Below, piece after piece: positions 27,729 through 39,621 of a DNA stretch of 64,000 bases. Positions within the stretch are counted from its first letter, which is position 1. Each line of letters opens with the position of its first letter. A program made the position numbers and the translations under genes. The stretch spans positions 434,001 to 498,000 of the forward strand of contig JALMLS010000507.1 in assembly GCA_038496445.1 (NCBI GenBank), in the 5' to 3' direction. Source of the DNA: Trichosphaerium sp. ATCC 40318 (lineage: Eukaryota; Protista; Tubulinea). The notes beneath the pieces were generated by a model. The model saw nothing but the letters and a program-made list of their open reading frames with translations. It ran no database searches and was not told where the DNA came from.

Positions 27729-28078
27729 CACTCCTTCTTAAAGTTCTGGTTCTTTGTTCTTCTGATGACCCTGACAACCTACCCTTACATCCTCAATCTA
27801 CGATTTTACGATCACGTGATCACTACACGCTAAGGCGATGGTAGCGCAAAATGCCAAATGTAATGTACTAATAGATTTTTTTCTTTCGCAAGTATTGACA
27901 TTGCTATGGTCGCTCTTCATTGATGGCGAACATTATAAGATGTTGCTATGGCCTAAAGGGACAATGAATTTTTGACACGCACATTAGGGCTTGTTTTGGT
28001 GAATGTACATTGAAAGAGTTTGCTTGACGATTTTTCAATACTTAAAGTTCTCTGTCTTTATTTAAAAGGAAGCCAGCC

Positions 28079-28715
28079 ATGGAAGAGGAAACACCTGTGA
28101 ATCCAGTATACGCCGCAGTACCTTATGGAGTAACAACAGAGAACGTCTTAGATGCGTTTGGAGCTTTAAAGACAGTAATATTAGACGAGTTTGGATTAGA
28201 AGATCAAATCGTTACTATTAAACCAAGGACTGCTGAAGATGCTAAAAATCTTCTATCAATGGGCACTGCAAAGTTTTTTGATACAGAAATTACGTTTTGC
28301 GACAACCTAGAGGCAGCAAAAGCGAAAAAAGGTAAAGCAACAAACAAAAAAAAAACCGTAAATCAAAAACAAAATATGAAAAAAATAGTTTTGAAGTTGT
28401 TTGTCGTTTTGTTGGTTTGTATTTTTTTAAAATGGTAAAAAATACACTCTATCACAAACTCCTGTGTTCCCTTTTGGCCACAGCGGAGGTTAAATCATAA
28501 AATAAACACCGTTGTTTTTTAAAAAGCAGAATTGATTAAAAAATACAAACCATAATATTAGGTGCAATGAAAGGTCCGCAGTTCAAGACGGCGCATCAGA
28601 AGAGGTATGGCGAATACATATCTTTTATTGTGTACACTACACGCTGTTCTAATATAATACCGTTAGTAACAAGAGCGCCTCTTCAATGGGTAACCATCGC
28701 ACGACAACGAAGTAA
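28079..28715 (+). CDS. Small RRM-like protein
   Basis: VYAAVPYGVTTENVLDAFG...TAEDAKNLL fits a degenerate RRM; two short 3' exons; an upstream exon is possible. Confidence 0.45.
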
Positions 28716-29209
28716 TATATTCAAAATCATCACTTGTTTTTTATTAAAAAAGGAATAACACCGCAAACCGTCACGTGATTTCGAAACGGTATCATTAATC
28801 AATATTTCTATTGTTTTTTTTGAGAGAAGTTCAATTTCTGAGAGCCAGGTCACGTGCTTTTTGTAATATTAATGATAATGCTGTAGCATTACTTTTAAGG
28901 CATTAGTGTGATGTAAGCGATCACGATAATATCTTGTTGTTATTGTTGTTTTAAGGTTAACAATTTTGAAACCTACAGCGTTAACCTCGCAAATCACATG
29001 TCGGGCTAACTGCCACCTAAACTCCGTTTTAGCAAGTCCTCAACTTAGATATTATCATAGGCGTATTTAAAGACTGATTACAAAAAGAAGTGCAGTAGTG
29101 TAAAATAGTTCACAGACCTCGTCGTACAAGAACTTCACAAAAATTCTTCTCAAGTCTTCAAAAAATAAACTATCTGGCGAACGTGAGAACGTGTAAAACC
29201 AAACATTCT

Positions 29210-30361
29210 ATGGACCTATATGGTCGTCTTAAACGTACGTATACTTTAATACAAGTCTAAAAAACGAAACGGCATTCAGAAGAACAAACAAAAAAAAACT
29301 GCAAACTACTATTCAAGGAGAAGCTTATTTATATTTTAAAAGGTCTACATAAACGCGTATGGGCATCACCTCGTAGTAGAAAGGGTGAATCATTCAACGT
29401 TGGAGGAAAGTCGCGTTCTGAAATATCATATCTGACACCTAATGGCACACAAAGAGCATTGGCGTACGATAAATTTCCTTATTATGGCTTTTAACTAAAA
29501 AAAAAAAAGTTCATTAATTGTTTGTTTTGTTCAGGGCAGAGACTGAGACTCAAGTTTCTGAGACGAGATCATTAGAAGAATATGATATTAATGGTTCTCC
29601 TAAGAGCTGGTCGAGGAAAAGCGCATTTCTGGCTGAAGTTGGTAAGAAAAACAAAGCTTTTTTTTGTGTTTTCCGATTTTGCTTTTTTCTTGCTCGAATT
29701 TCGTCGACCGCTGTAGTACGCCTTATATTGATAGTACTTTCTAAGAGAGATACAAGAGAATATCCACTTTAGAAGATCGTAAAGCTTGTTCAATTTTTAT
29801 ATACAATAACTTTTTAAACGATGATACAGCAGCCCATCCTTTGTATATTTCTGTCAGGATGCATCACGTGCGTTGAAAAAAAAAATTAATAGCCAAAATT
29901 GTTCTTGGTCTTTTTTGCTTTTTTTTTCATCAAAACGTTATGGTAATTACTTTAAACTTGAGTCATTGACTATATGATTATTTGTTCTATCGTAATCTAT
30001 CATCACATTCGTATTTTCTTTATTTCTACCTGCCTCTGATGACCATTTTTATGAATTTTTATTTTTTTTTTTGAATAGCTTGAAACTATGCTGACATTGT
30101 TTTTATAGCGTATTATTACAAAGCTAGACAACCCAGACTTTAATTTATTTGATGGTACGCTCAAGAAAAGACAAAAAAGAAAAAAAATAATAATTCAACA
30201 GATTTTTTAACACTAAGGTTTTAGAGGCTTGTGCTGAGATAACTACAATACGTGATCGTAGATACTTGTGCACGCGTAGAGATTCAAGTGTAAATGTTAA
30301 AAAAAAGAGCAAATTCTTCCGGAGCAAGTCAAAGAAAGATATGAAGTTCGAGTATATGTAA
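29210..30361 (+). CDS. RGS-domain protein (divergent)
   Basis: Spliced: AFLAEVERYKRISTLEDRKACSIFIYNNFLNDD..HPLYIS..RIITKLDNPDFNLFDEACAEI. Start uncertain. Confidence 0.7.
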
Positions 30362-30857
30362 ATAACCTCTCAACACTCTGAACTTTAAAAGAATTTTTTT
30401 TGATATGTCTCGGGAACGAGAGCTCAAAACAAAAACAAAAAAATAAAATGTACATAAGTGAAAAAGCAGCGAATGGGTGAGTTCAAACGAACGATAGGGT
30501 CTCACAATTTATGGATAATTCTGCCAATTGTTATGACGCGAGTTCCATTGAATGTTACACTATACAACGGCTCACAATACGCGCCATAATAATCACGTTA
30601 TATGTATAAACGTGCGCTATATAAGTATGAACCAACGAACTCCGTTGTTTTTTGAGAAATAGTGGATCGCGTTCCTGTGGCAAGTTTAGGAAGTTCTTTC
30701 AGCAAGATTAGGTGAAAACGCTTAAACGACATCTGTGATTATAAACACTATGCTTTTCTATTACTAGACCACGCGACAACATCATAAAGTACAATTCGTT
30801 CGAAAAATAAGAGGGTGATTCGAAGGCGTTCAGAAATTCAAGATTTTTTCATAATTT

Positions 30858-33800
30858 TCAAGAACTATTGATAACTCCTGAATACACAAGGAAATCTATC
30901 CACTTATCCACAAAATCAGATCCAAGTTCAACCTGTCTTTTTCCTTGCAGTTTATCAAGTAGCTCACGTGTTTTCGGACTAATCTTTCTTCCTGGTCTTG
31001 AAGGAAACTTAGAACCAGAAAAATATGTGTTCTTCATTGTGAACAATGGGTTGCTCTCAGGAACTTCGTATACCTTGAACAAAAAAAAAATAAGTAAGAT
31101 GACGTCTATGAATACTAACTCCAAACAGACAGCTTTTATTATGAAGCTAGCGTACCTCTTTCTTCCATTCTTTGTAAGGTTCTAATTTTAGCTTGTATCC
31201 TTTTCTCGATATGTAATCAAATAGGTAAGAGCATCCCAAACAGTGAGTGTTATCGAAATTATGCGTTGGTGGCGCGTTAGGCATTTCTTTGCTGTGTTCA
31301 TGATAAGCAATAAGGGAAATTATATCTTTAGCCATTATATCAACTGGAGTAATGGCAAGCTTAATATCACCTTCCGGAGCACTCCCTGAAGCAAAAGCGT
31401 CGTTAAAGTTACAAAAATAGAACCATGTTTATTGTACCCATATTTATGCATCCAGACAAGAACCTGTTATCAAAATCGTTGAGATTAGCGTGTCCTGTAA
31501 CCGTTGCAGATCCAATGAACCCTATAATACAATGAGCATATTTCTTTTGATGTTGATCAAGGCGAAAATCTGTTGCACGTGATTTGCACGTGATTAAGAT
31601 AAAAAGCATTTGCACAAAAAGCTTGATATAAACTGTGCATTTAGTACTGTGTGTACCTGGCCGATATATGAAGGCAGGTATCTTTCTTTTGAAAGCAATA
31701 GCGACTTTTTTCTCGCCTGCGTATTTGCTCAAACTAAGTTATTCTTTTAGTTTTTTGCAATGTCATTAAAAAAAACTGGGTATACTTGTATCCTGATGCA
31801 TCATGTCTAGGTCTATCTTTAGGGTATGAGAATGTACTTTCTACTGGAACCGATCCAAATGGGAAAACAGACATTGTCGAGATGTAGTGGACGCTTTTTG
31901 TAACACCTTCGCATGCTAACTTTAGAATTTCTTGTGTTCCTTCTGCATTCACTTTTCTCATGGCGGAGTAAGGCTACAGATAAAGTCAGTGCACTAAGAT
32001 TTTTGTTGGTAGTACCAGAAAGCTATTTACAACAGCGCCAGCATGGATAATAACATTGACAAGTTTTGAAATCTGATCGTAATCTGAATCGGAGATTGCA
32101 AGCTTGTTTTGATTTAAATCTCCAATAATCTACCCCTTTTGTTAAAGTTTTATGTGGTGCTATAGGTGATTTTACAATCACAATCACTTACTACATGTAT
32201 TTTAAGCTTTTCTTTATCATTTAAATTCATCTTCGCCTCTGATAAGGCCTTAAAAAGACGTTGATCGCCTCAAACAAGATAAGATTGTGCAGATAGTTTT
32301 GTGAGTTTTTACCTTCCTTCTTGTCTTTTGCACGAACAATACAATACACTTCCGTTGCCCAATCTGCTTGTATTAGACCATATAATAAATGTATACCAAG
32401 GAAACCAGTAGCACCCGTGAGCAGTACTAAAGCCAATGAGGGAAAAATACTTGTATCTAGGTTGTACCTATTTTTTTTGCGAAAGGGTCAGTCTTAGTAT
32501 CATTCGTTTGAGAAGGTGTAATGCTCTTTGGAAGACTTAAATCATCTAAGAATAGATCCCACTCGTTCTTTTGACTAATAACAAAGAATTGGTGTTATTC
32601 AATGACACGTGACACTTACGCATCAACAAGAGTTCCAGAAGTTTGTCCTAAATTCGATGCAATATAACTTTGTATACCATCTACATCACGTGAGTTTTTT
32701 TTAAGTTAAGCTTATACCTAGTGTGCCAGTATCTTCGTTGTAAATCACGGAAGGAGGTAGATCTACCTTGTATTCTTCTTTGGCCCATTGCATTATTTTC
32801 AAAGCTGAAAGGGAATCTCCGCCTATCTGAGATATCGAATCGTCTAATGCAAAAAAGTAAGTAGTCCGTTGGTTGTTGGGTGATATACCAGAAGCTATTT
32901 TTGTATCAAATATGTCCTCCAGAGCTTTTTTAAGCTTTTTCTTTGTATCTTCTGGATCATACTTGAACTCAGAGCCAACATCTTTGTACATGAAATCAAT
33001 ATCTTCCTTGTATCGTTTAAAAAGAGCGTGTCTGGCAAACTGTGAATAAAGTAAGAAAAAAGTCGCGTTGTACCTGTTAGGTTTTTGGTTTGTTGTCATC
33101 AGTTTGTTATCAACCTACACTTCGTTAACTATAATTGATGGTATAAAGTATGTACAGAAAAAGGAATAGTCTCGAGTGTCAAACGTGCTGGTACTTCAAA
33201 TGATCGAAGCTTTGTATAGTTAGTTGAATTAATCGCCTTGTTAAAACTGTACCTCATGTCTTGCAGCAATAGCTATCATTTGTTTATGAACTACAGCTTT
33301 GACGCGTGCATCTTTACACATGACTTCCGCCGTTGTTGTATCATCGATAAAGGTACAATCCTGCTTAAGCTCAGGCACTGCAACAAAACAAGTTAGTATG
33401 AAAGTCATTCATGCCATACGCACAGTTAATCACTACTATTGCAACCAAAGATGAATATAAAGGGTTTCCATATATGAATATATCCATAATCGCTGGTGCT
33501 TCTAAGTAGAAGGTCTCCAACCTGCTTGGAGCGACAAATTCTCCTTGTGACAACTTGAACATATTTTTCTTTCTGTCAATAATCCGAATACCATTTACTC
33601 CAACACATTCAACCTACAAGTAGAAACAAATAGTCAGACCAAGGAACTCCAATAAATCGGAAAGTAAGGGAGACTTGCAATATCGCCAGTGTGGAACCAT
33701 CCATCTTCATCGAAATTCGCTTTTTCAGCTTCAGCATTTTTGAAGTATCCAAGAATCATTGAAGGTGTTCTTACACATCTGAAGATACAAGAATTAAATC

Positions 33801-36063
33801 ACGTGTGTTACCAAAACAATGTATTCTTTGCTCTAATATTCACGTACAGCTCTCCTCTTGGTAGAGGTTTATCAGTAGTTTTATATTCCTCCCAGTCAAC
33901 AATCTTTGTTTCCGTTGTTTTATGTGTTACGTTGTCACTAGCAATCTGTCCACACTCAGTTGTACCATAGCTTTCCAAAACAATACTTGATTTAAAACAC
34001 TTTCTCATAAACCTGAGAACCTCTCCACTAGTAGGAGCACCTCCTTGGGATAAAATAAGAACAGGTAAACAAGATACACATACCTGTAACCAAGTATGCG
34101 CAACGTCCTCCAAGAATTTTAGAGAAATTCTTGTTGAATTGTCTTTTCGCTTCTATAAGCTCTGGTTTTGATATGATCCCTTCACAAGCTTTTTCCATTT
34201 GCTGAACATATGCATTATACAACTTGTTCCATAGTGCCTAACATCTCATTAAAAACAATCACAAAGAAAAAATCAAGAAACAACATAGACAGTTTTCAGC
34301 TTTTGGGTTCGTACAGGTGTGCTTGATAGCATGGTAGGTCTCAATGCTTGTATGTCCAGTATAAGACGAGATACTTCTCCTGAGTAAACACCAACACGAC
34401 CACCATTACACAAAGTTATCAGGTTATTCTTCCTGTCGCTGTTGGAAAATGCGAAAATGATAAAAGGATCCAATAATCCTTTTGAAGAAACTACAGTATG
34501 ATTCCAAGCTTTATCACTATGCATCGCTCCTTTAGGCATACCAGTACTTCCAGATGTATCTAATCACGAATAAACAAGATAAGAGATTAGACTACTCATG
34601 TTCTTACATACTAGCGTAAGCATATCATCAGGGTTTGTAGCACGATGATCTGGTTCCCTGTTTTTACCCTTTCGGAAAAAATTAGATGTTGTTAAACTCT
34701 CTTTGTTTTGTTTACGTACACGTTCTATAAGTTCTTTATATGTGATTACCTCACATTTATCGGATATATCAGTGATATCCTTAGGATCTACATCTTCCAT
34801 GATAACCAGCGCTTTTATGAAAGGACATTCTTTGGTCATCAAAGCAAGCTAGAAATTGAAGAAAAAACAATTAGCTTTTTTGCTCATGTTTTTTAGTTGT
34901 TTGCTTGTACTTGTTTGACATTAGTACTATCTGTAAATATCACTTTCATTTCACATTGCTTCGCAATGTACTTAAGTTGATCGGGTTTCAGCGCAACAGG
35001 CATAGGTGGACCAATAATAGAGTTCAACTTTGCAGAAAATCAACATACATTATTGTGTTAGCTTCGTTTAATGTACCAAACATGCAAAATCAGCTATATA
35101 CCAATCAATGCTATTCTTTCCACAAATACCAACAAACTTCCTCTTTTAAACATAAATACAAACGGTTGAGCAAATGAAGACAATGTCCTTGTCATTTGTA
35201 GAAAGAAAATCCAGGAAAAAAAGAAGAACTTACAGGTTCCACGAATGTTCGAAGCCCACGGCCAATACTCTCTGCACGTTTATATACTTCACTAAATGTA
35301 AGCCATTTATAGGGTCCAAGCTTTCCATCTTCACTACTACGACTTCTATAGCCTAAACAAGGTCTATTGCTCCAAGCTTTAAACATGTTCCTAAGGAAAG
35401 TGTTACATTCAAAATAACAAAACAAACCGACGTTAAAGTATGCATGAAAGACGGTCCTCCAATTGTTTCTCTAAGTAATATAGGAGCCCTTCGTTCAATA
35501 TACTATATCATGTCAACATATGTAGGAGTTAAATAGAAAAATATTGATACCATTGGATGATTATGACCTTTTTCTTTGAAGCAAGTTTCACACAAGTCAT
35601 AATCAGCAGCTTCTATTTTGTCTTTTGTCAGTTACTGAGTACAATAATTTGCATGAAAGTGTACCGTAGCTATGGTACCGTGCATCTCCTTCATTAATAT
35701 GGTGTCTACAAATATCACAGCTTCATTTGGTGAATAGGAGGTAAGAATTTGTATATTGTACGTAAAAAGCGCGTCATCGCCTTCGCGCATGCGTAACATC
35801 TGTAAATCCGTTTTGTATGAACCTTCTGTACTCTTTTGTTTGCCTATTGTAGTAATTATCATCGTACATGCTTTTTACACGATACCTAGACGCATAGCGC
35901 CAGTTGGAGTATATTTAATGCCATTTCCGCTTGATATAACATCCATTACGTTTAATTGTAAATTGGGCATTGCAGACGCGTTTGAAGCGCTTTGATCTTG
36001 TTTTTTATCTATCTTTTCATCAGGCTCTATTTCGTTCTTCTCTTTGTTGTTTCTGTTGCCCAT
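30858..36063 (-). CDS. Carboxylic-acid-reductase-like A-T-R enzyme with N-terminal Gly2 and ZZ zinc finger
   Basis: YTSGSTGMPKG, SYGTTE, TDKPLPRGEL, GWFHTGD, KLSQGEFV (A domain); GGDSLSA (PCP); LLTGATGFLG, GYNLSK (R domain); CDIC..DYDLCETC..HNH (ZZ). Confidence 0.9.
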
Positions 36064-36186
36064 GATTACGTTATACAACGTGTCACCGTTAACGGACGCA
36101 AAGCTAAGCCTGTGAGAGTATAATATACCACTTAACTCAACGGTTCAAAGAAAGCGATTTAAGTTTTTTTGCGTTTTACTTTATTT

Positions 36187-39100
36187 TCACTTTACATCTT
36201 GTCCTAACTTTGATACATAGTTCTTAATATGCCAAATCAAAGGTGTATTATTAGATGCAACAACATTCCAAAGTATCTGAACATTTGTCTCAACGATATT
36301 AGCAAATTCGTTCAACAAGCAAAACTTGATACAATCCTCTTGAAGTCTTTCTGCGCTGTACTTGTTTGCAAGTTGCCAAAATTGTAAATAGTTATTCTTT
36401 GATATCTCGTTGACAAGGTAATCCTCACAATATTTACCGAGGTCTTCCATATCAAATTTCTCTGCAAGTATCATTACTTCAAGAGCAACATTTGCATTCT
36501 CAAATGTTGTTTTCTTAAGGTATATGAATTCTTTGACTTTAACAAAGTGATCTCTATTGACATCCATAAGTTTCTTTTCTTCTCTAACGGAGCTTATTGT
36601 AGTTTTATCACCTAAATATAATCAAAAAAGTCATGCGAATTTTTAGTTTAAGAGCCCGTTACTGAGAGCTGAAAGTCACAACAAAAAAAAAAGATCAAAA
36701 AACGGTGACAAAATTGAAAAAAAACTCTTGTGGTCGTACCCAGAAACATATCGTCAAAGTGATCTACATCGCAGATAATATATTTATGAGCATATACGGG
36801 ATCACCTGATTCAAATGTAAAGATAATATCAGAAAACTTCTCATCTTGAAAAAGTTCAGCAATATCATCTTTTTCTTCTGTCTTCACTTCTGTCTTCTTC
36901 CATAGAGATACGTTCGAAAACATTGATAATGTCTTAGACATGGAAACAGATGTTTGTTTAATCATCTCCATATTTCCTTCAAGTACACTAACGCGCCTAA
37001 AAAAAGATAAGAACCAACGAACAAAAAAACAACAAAAAAACAAATTTCATTTGGAAGCAAACTATTTTTCCTGTCTTCTTCATTCGTACTTTTCGGCGTT
37101 GTGGTACGCTGTTACTACCCTAACAATAGCTTTTGAAGAATCAATAGCATAATCCTTCTTAGATTCGTTTGCGTTCTGTTTAGGATCATCATTATGAGCT
37201 GCATATATTACAGTAAATAGAGCTGATACAACAGGCTGTAGGTGTTTTTGTAGGTGTACTAGAAGAATAAATAAGTATCAATTACCTGAACGAGCAGTAA
37301 CAAAACATTGATTTGTTCTTACTTTTATGTATTGGATAAGTGAGTTCGATGGCACAATGGAAACCAACGTTATTTTCTTTGTAAGATAGGCAAGGAACCA
37401 AAAAAGGTGTAACAGCAGCCAAGACTTTACCAGACGCAGCGCTTAGTTTTTTATGCTTAGCATTACGTAAGGTAGGAAGATTACCAGATAAAATTATCGG
37501 AAGAACAAGACCAGACAGAGAAGTACCTAATAAAGAAAAGTTGATGAGATTTTGTTAAAGATGCGTGACGCACTTGTTGCTAACATCATTGCGATTGCTG
37601 TTGCTGCAGGATTAGCAATACCTTCATCCTCTTTGTTGGTAAGAAAAAAGAGAGCTTCCAGAATACCCATATGCACAAAGAAAGGAATATTTGATTCTGG
37701 GAGGCACATGCATTCAACTAATACACAAAGGTTGTTAATAGCATGCATACTTGTAATTTCACCACTCATTACACTCTTGAATAGTACAGATATCATTGGA
37801 ACTAAACAAACAAGACATTAACATACGTAGTAACTAATAATAAACGTACGTGCACCTGCACTGACAATTGCTTCACGACAAGAATCTAAATAAAAGTATT
37901 AATACCTCTTCAAAACACGTGAAAGATTTCGAGGTTTTTTAATTATCACGCGATAAGCTATTTTTTTTGGTTTTTGTTTTACTTACTGTGTTTCATTGCC
38001 ATAAGGGCAATACCAGTTGTTGCTAGCATCAAACAAGCTTGATGCGTTTTATTCAGGTTTTTAACATATCTCATTATCACTTCTTTCTGGTTACTGATTT
38101 CGCGCTCGTAGCCTTTCCAAAAAAGGATGTATCAGTACCAACGATTGTTAAGCAAATTGGTCTAAGTGCAAGTAGCATTTACGTACGACTGATTTGAAGA
38201 AATCTATTCAAGCAACGCATGACACCTGCTTCTAGCATAGCGTCATCAACTGACCGTGAAAACATCTTCAACAAGCATGGTAGTATTTGCAAGTCATATA
38301 CACGAGTAACTACAGCATCTACAAATACTTATAAGACAAGGAAACTCGAGGAAAACATGGCCTTGGAAAGTTTGACAAAAAACCAACAACTTGCTGTCTC
38401 ACTCCATTGACACGTGTCATTGTCTTTGTTCATCAATATACGATAAAACAGAGCAAGGATACAAACTTTTGGATATGAAGAAAAAAAACGTACCATCTTG
38501 TAACGCATATCCAAGAACGTGGGTTGCCACTTTAAGCAATTCAGTGCTTTCACCATTGATAATCATTTCTGTTATCTTATCAACAACACCTTGCTCTATT
38601 AACACCTGTCTACCGATTTCTAAAAGAAGAAATAAAAGTTAAAAAAGAGCAATCTTTTTAAAGCAATTACTGTACCTGTTTTGGCTAAGTTAGCCAAAAT
38701 ATGCAACACGAGTATTTTAGCGCTTAGTGTTACGGAAGAACGAGTCGTTTGAAGGAAATCAAGTAAATGAGGAACAAGACTGTTGCATTCTACTAGATAC
38801 TTCACTAGGCAGTGTGTTAATAGTGCTATACGCGTAATACAGCGATTTAAAGCAATATTAATGACTTGGAAGAGAAAAACAATTGTGTAACGTCATACCA
38901 AGTTTAGGGGTTTCTGAAAATTGTTTAAGTGTTATCAATGACGTTTTAACGATCTGTGTGTTCTCGTGTTGAAGTAGAGAAACAAGAAGATTAACGTATT
39001 TGAGAGAAAATACAATCTGCTGAATACCAGCGTCTTTAGCAGTAATTGTCAGTAAAATACCCAAAGCTTGGAGTACATGATCTCTACGAAAACAGAAATT

Positions 39101-39372
39101 AGGTCTTTTTCTTAGGAACTGTACAATGAGTTCTCTACGCACGCATCGCTCGAATAGACGCAATTCACCAATGGTGTCAGTAATTCGACACTAAAAGACT
39201 ATCAATTAATTGATTGTATGCTTTACACGCACTCTTCGAATATATCTGATAGACTGGTGTTAATGTCTGTATCAGATAACTTTGCTAGCACTTCTATTGC
39301 CTCTGCTGCAGTATCTGGGTTACCAAGCTTTTCAGCAAGCTCTGGTACAGTGTTTTTGTACTCTACAGCCAT
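36187..39372 (-). CDS. ARM-repeat + BTB/BACK protein
   Basis: ARM-like helical exons; FSDIIFTFESGDPVYAHKYII (BTB); LAEKFDMEDLGKYCEDYL, LANKYSAERLQEDC (BACK). Start uncertain. Confidence 0.8.
38362..38462. repeat. 101-bp exact inverted copy of 39689-39789, located in an intron
   Basis: Base-by-base identical reverse complement; lies in the 175-nt intron 38319-38493 of the ARM-BTB gene. Confidence 0.95.
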
Positions 39373-39621
39373 GTACTTGCGCTCCAAACCCTTTTCTAGC
39401 GGCTTTAAGGTACAGGCCAAAACAATGTTAAGCCAACTTTCTGGACGAACTTTCCTAGTCCTTGGCCAACTCAGGTTTACGCATAAATATACTCCTATTC
39501 TTGAGACAATACATTACCCTTTTTTTAAAAGGAAAGATTAGAAAATCACAATTTTTTGAGAAACTCACTTTGTTTGTGTACAAAACCTAGGAAAACCCAA
39601 CAGGTTAGAAAAAAATACGCC

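Noticed and set aside
29344-29575. MBD-like reading (YLTPNGQRLR) via a GC donor
   Set aside because: It stops after a few codons; the canonical gtacga donor at 29464 gives the continuous RGS frame.
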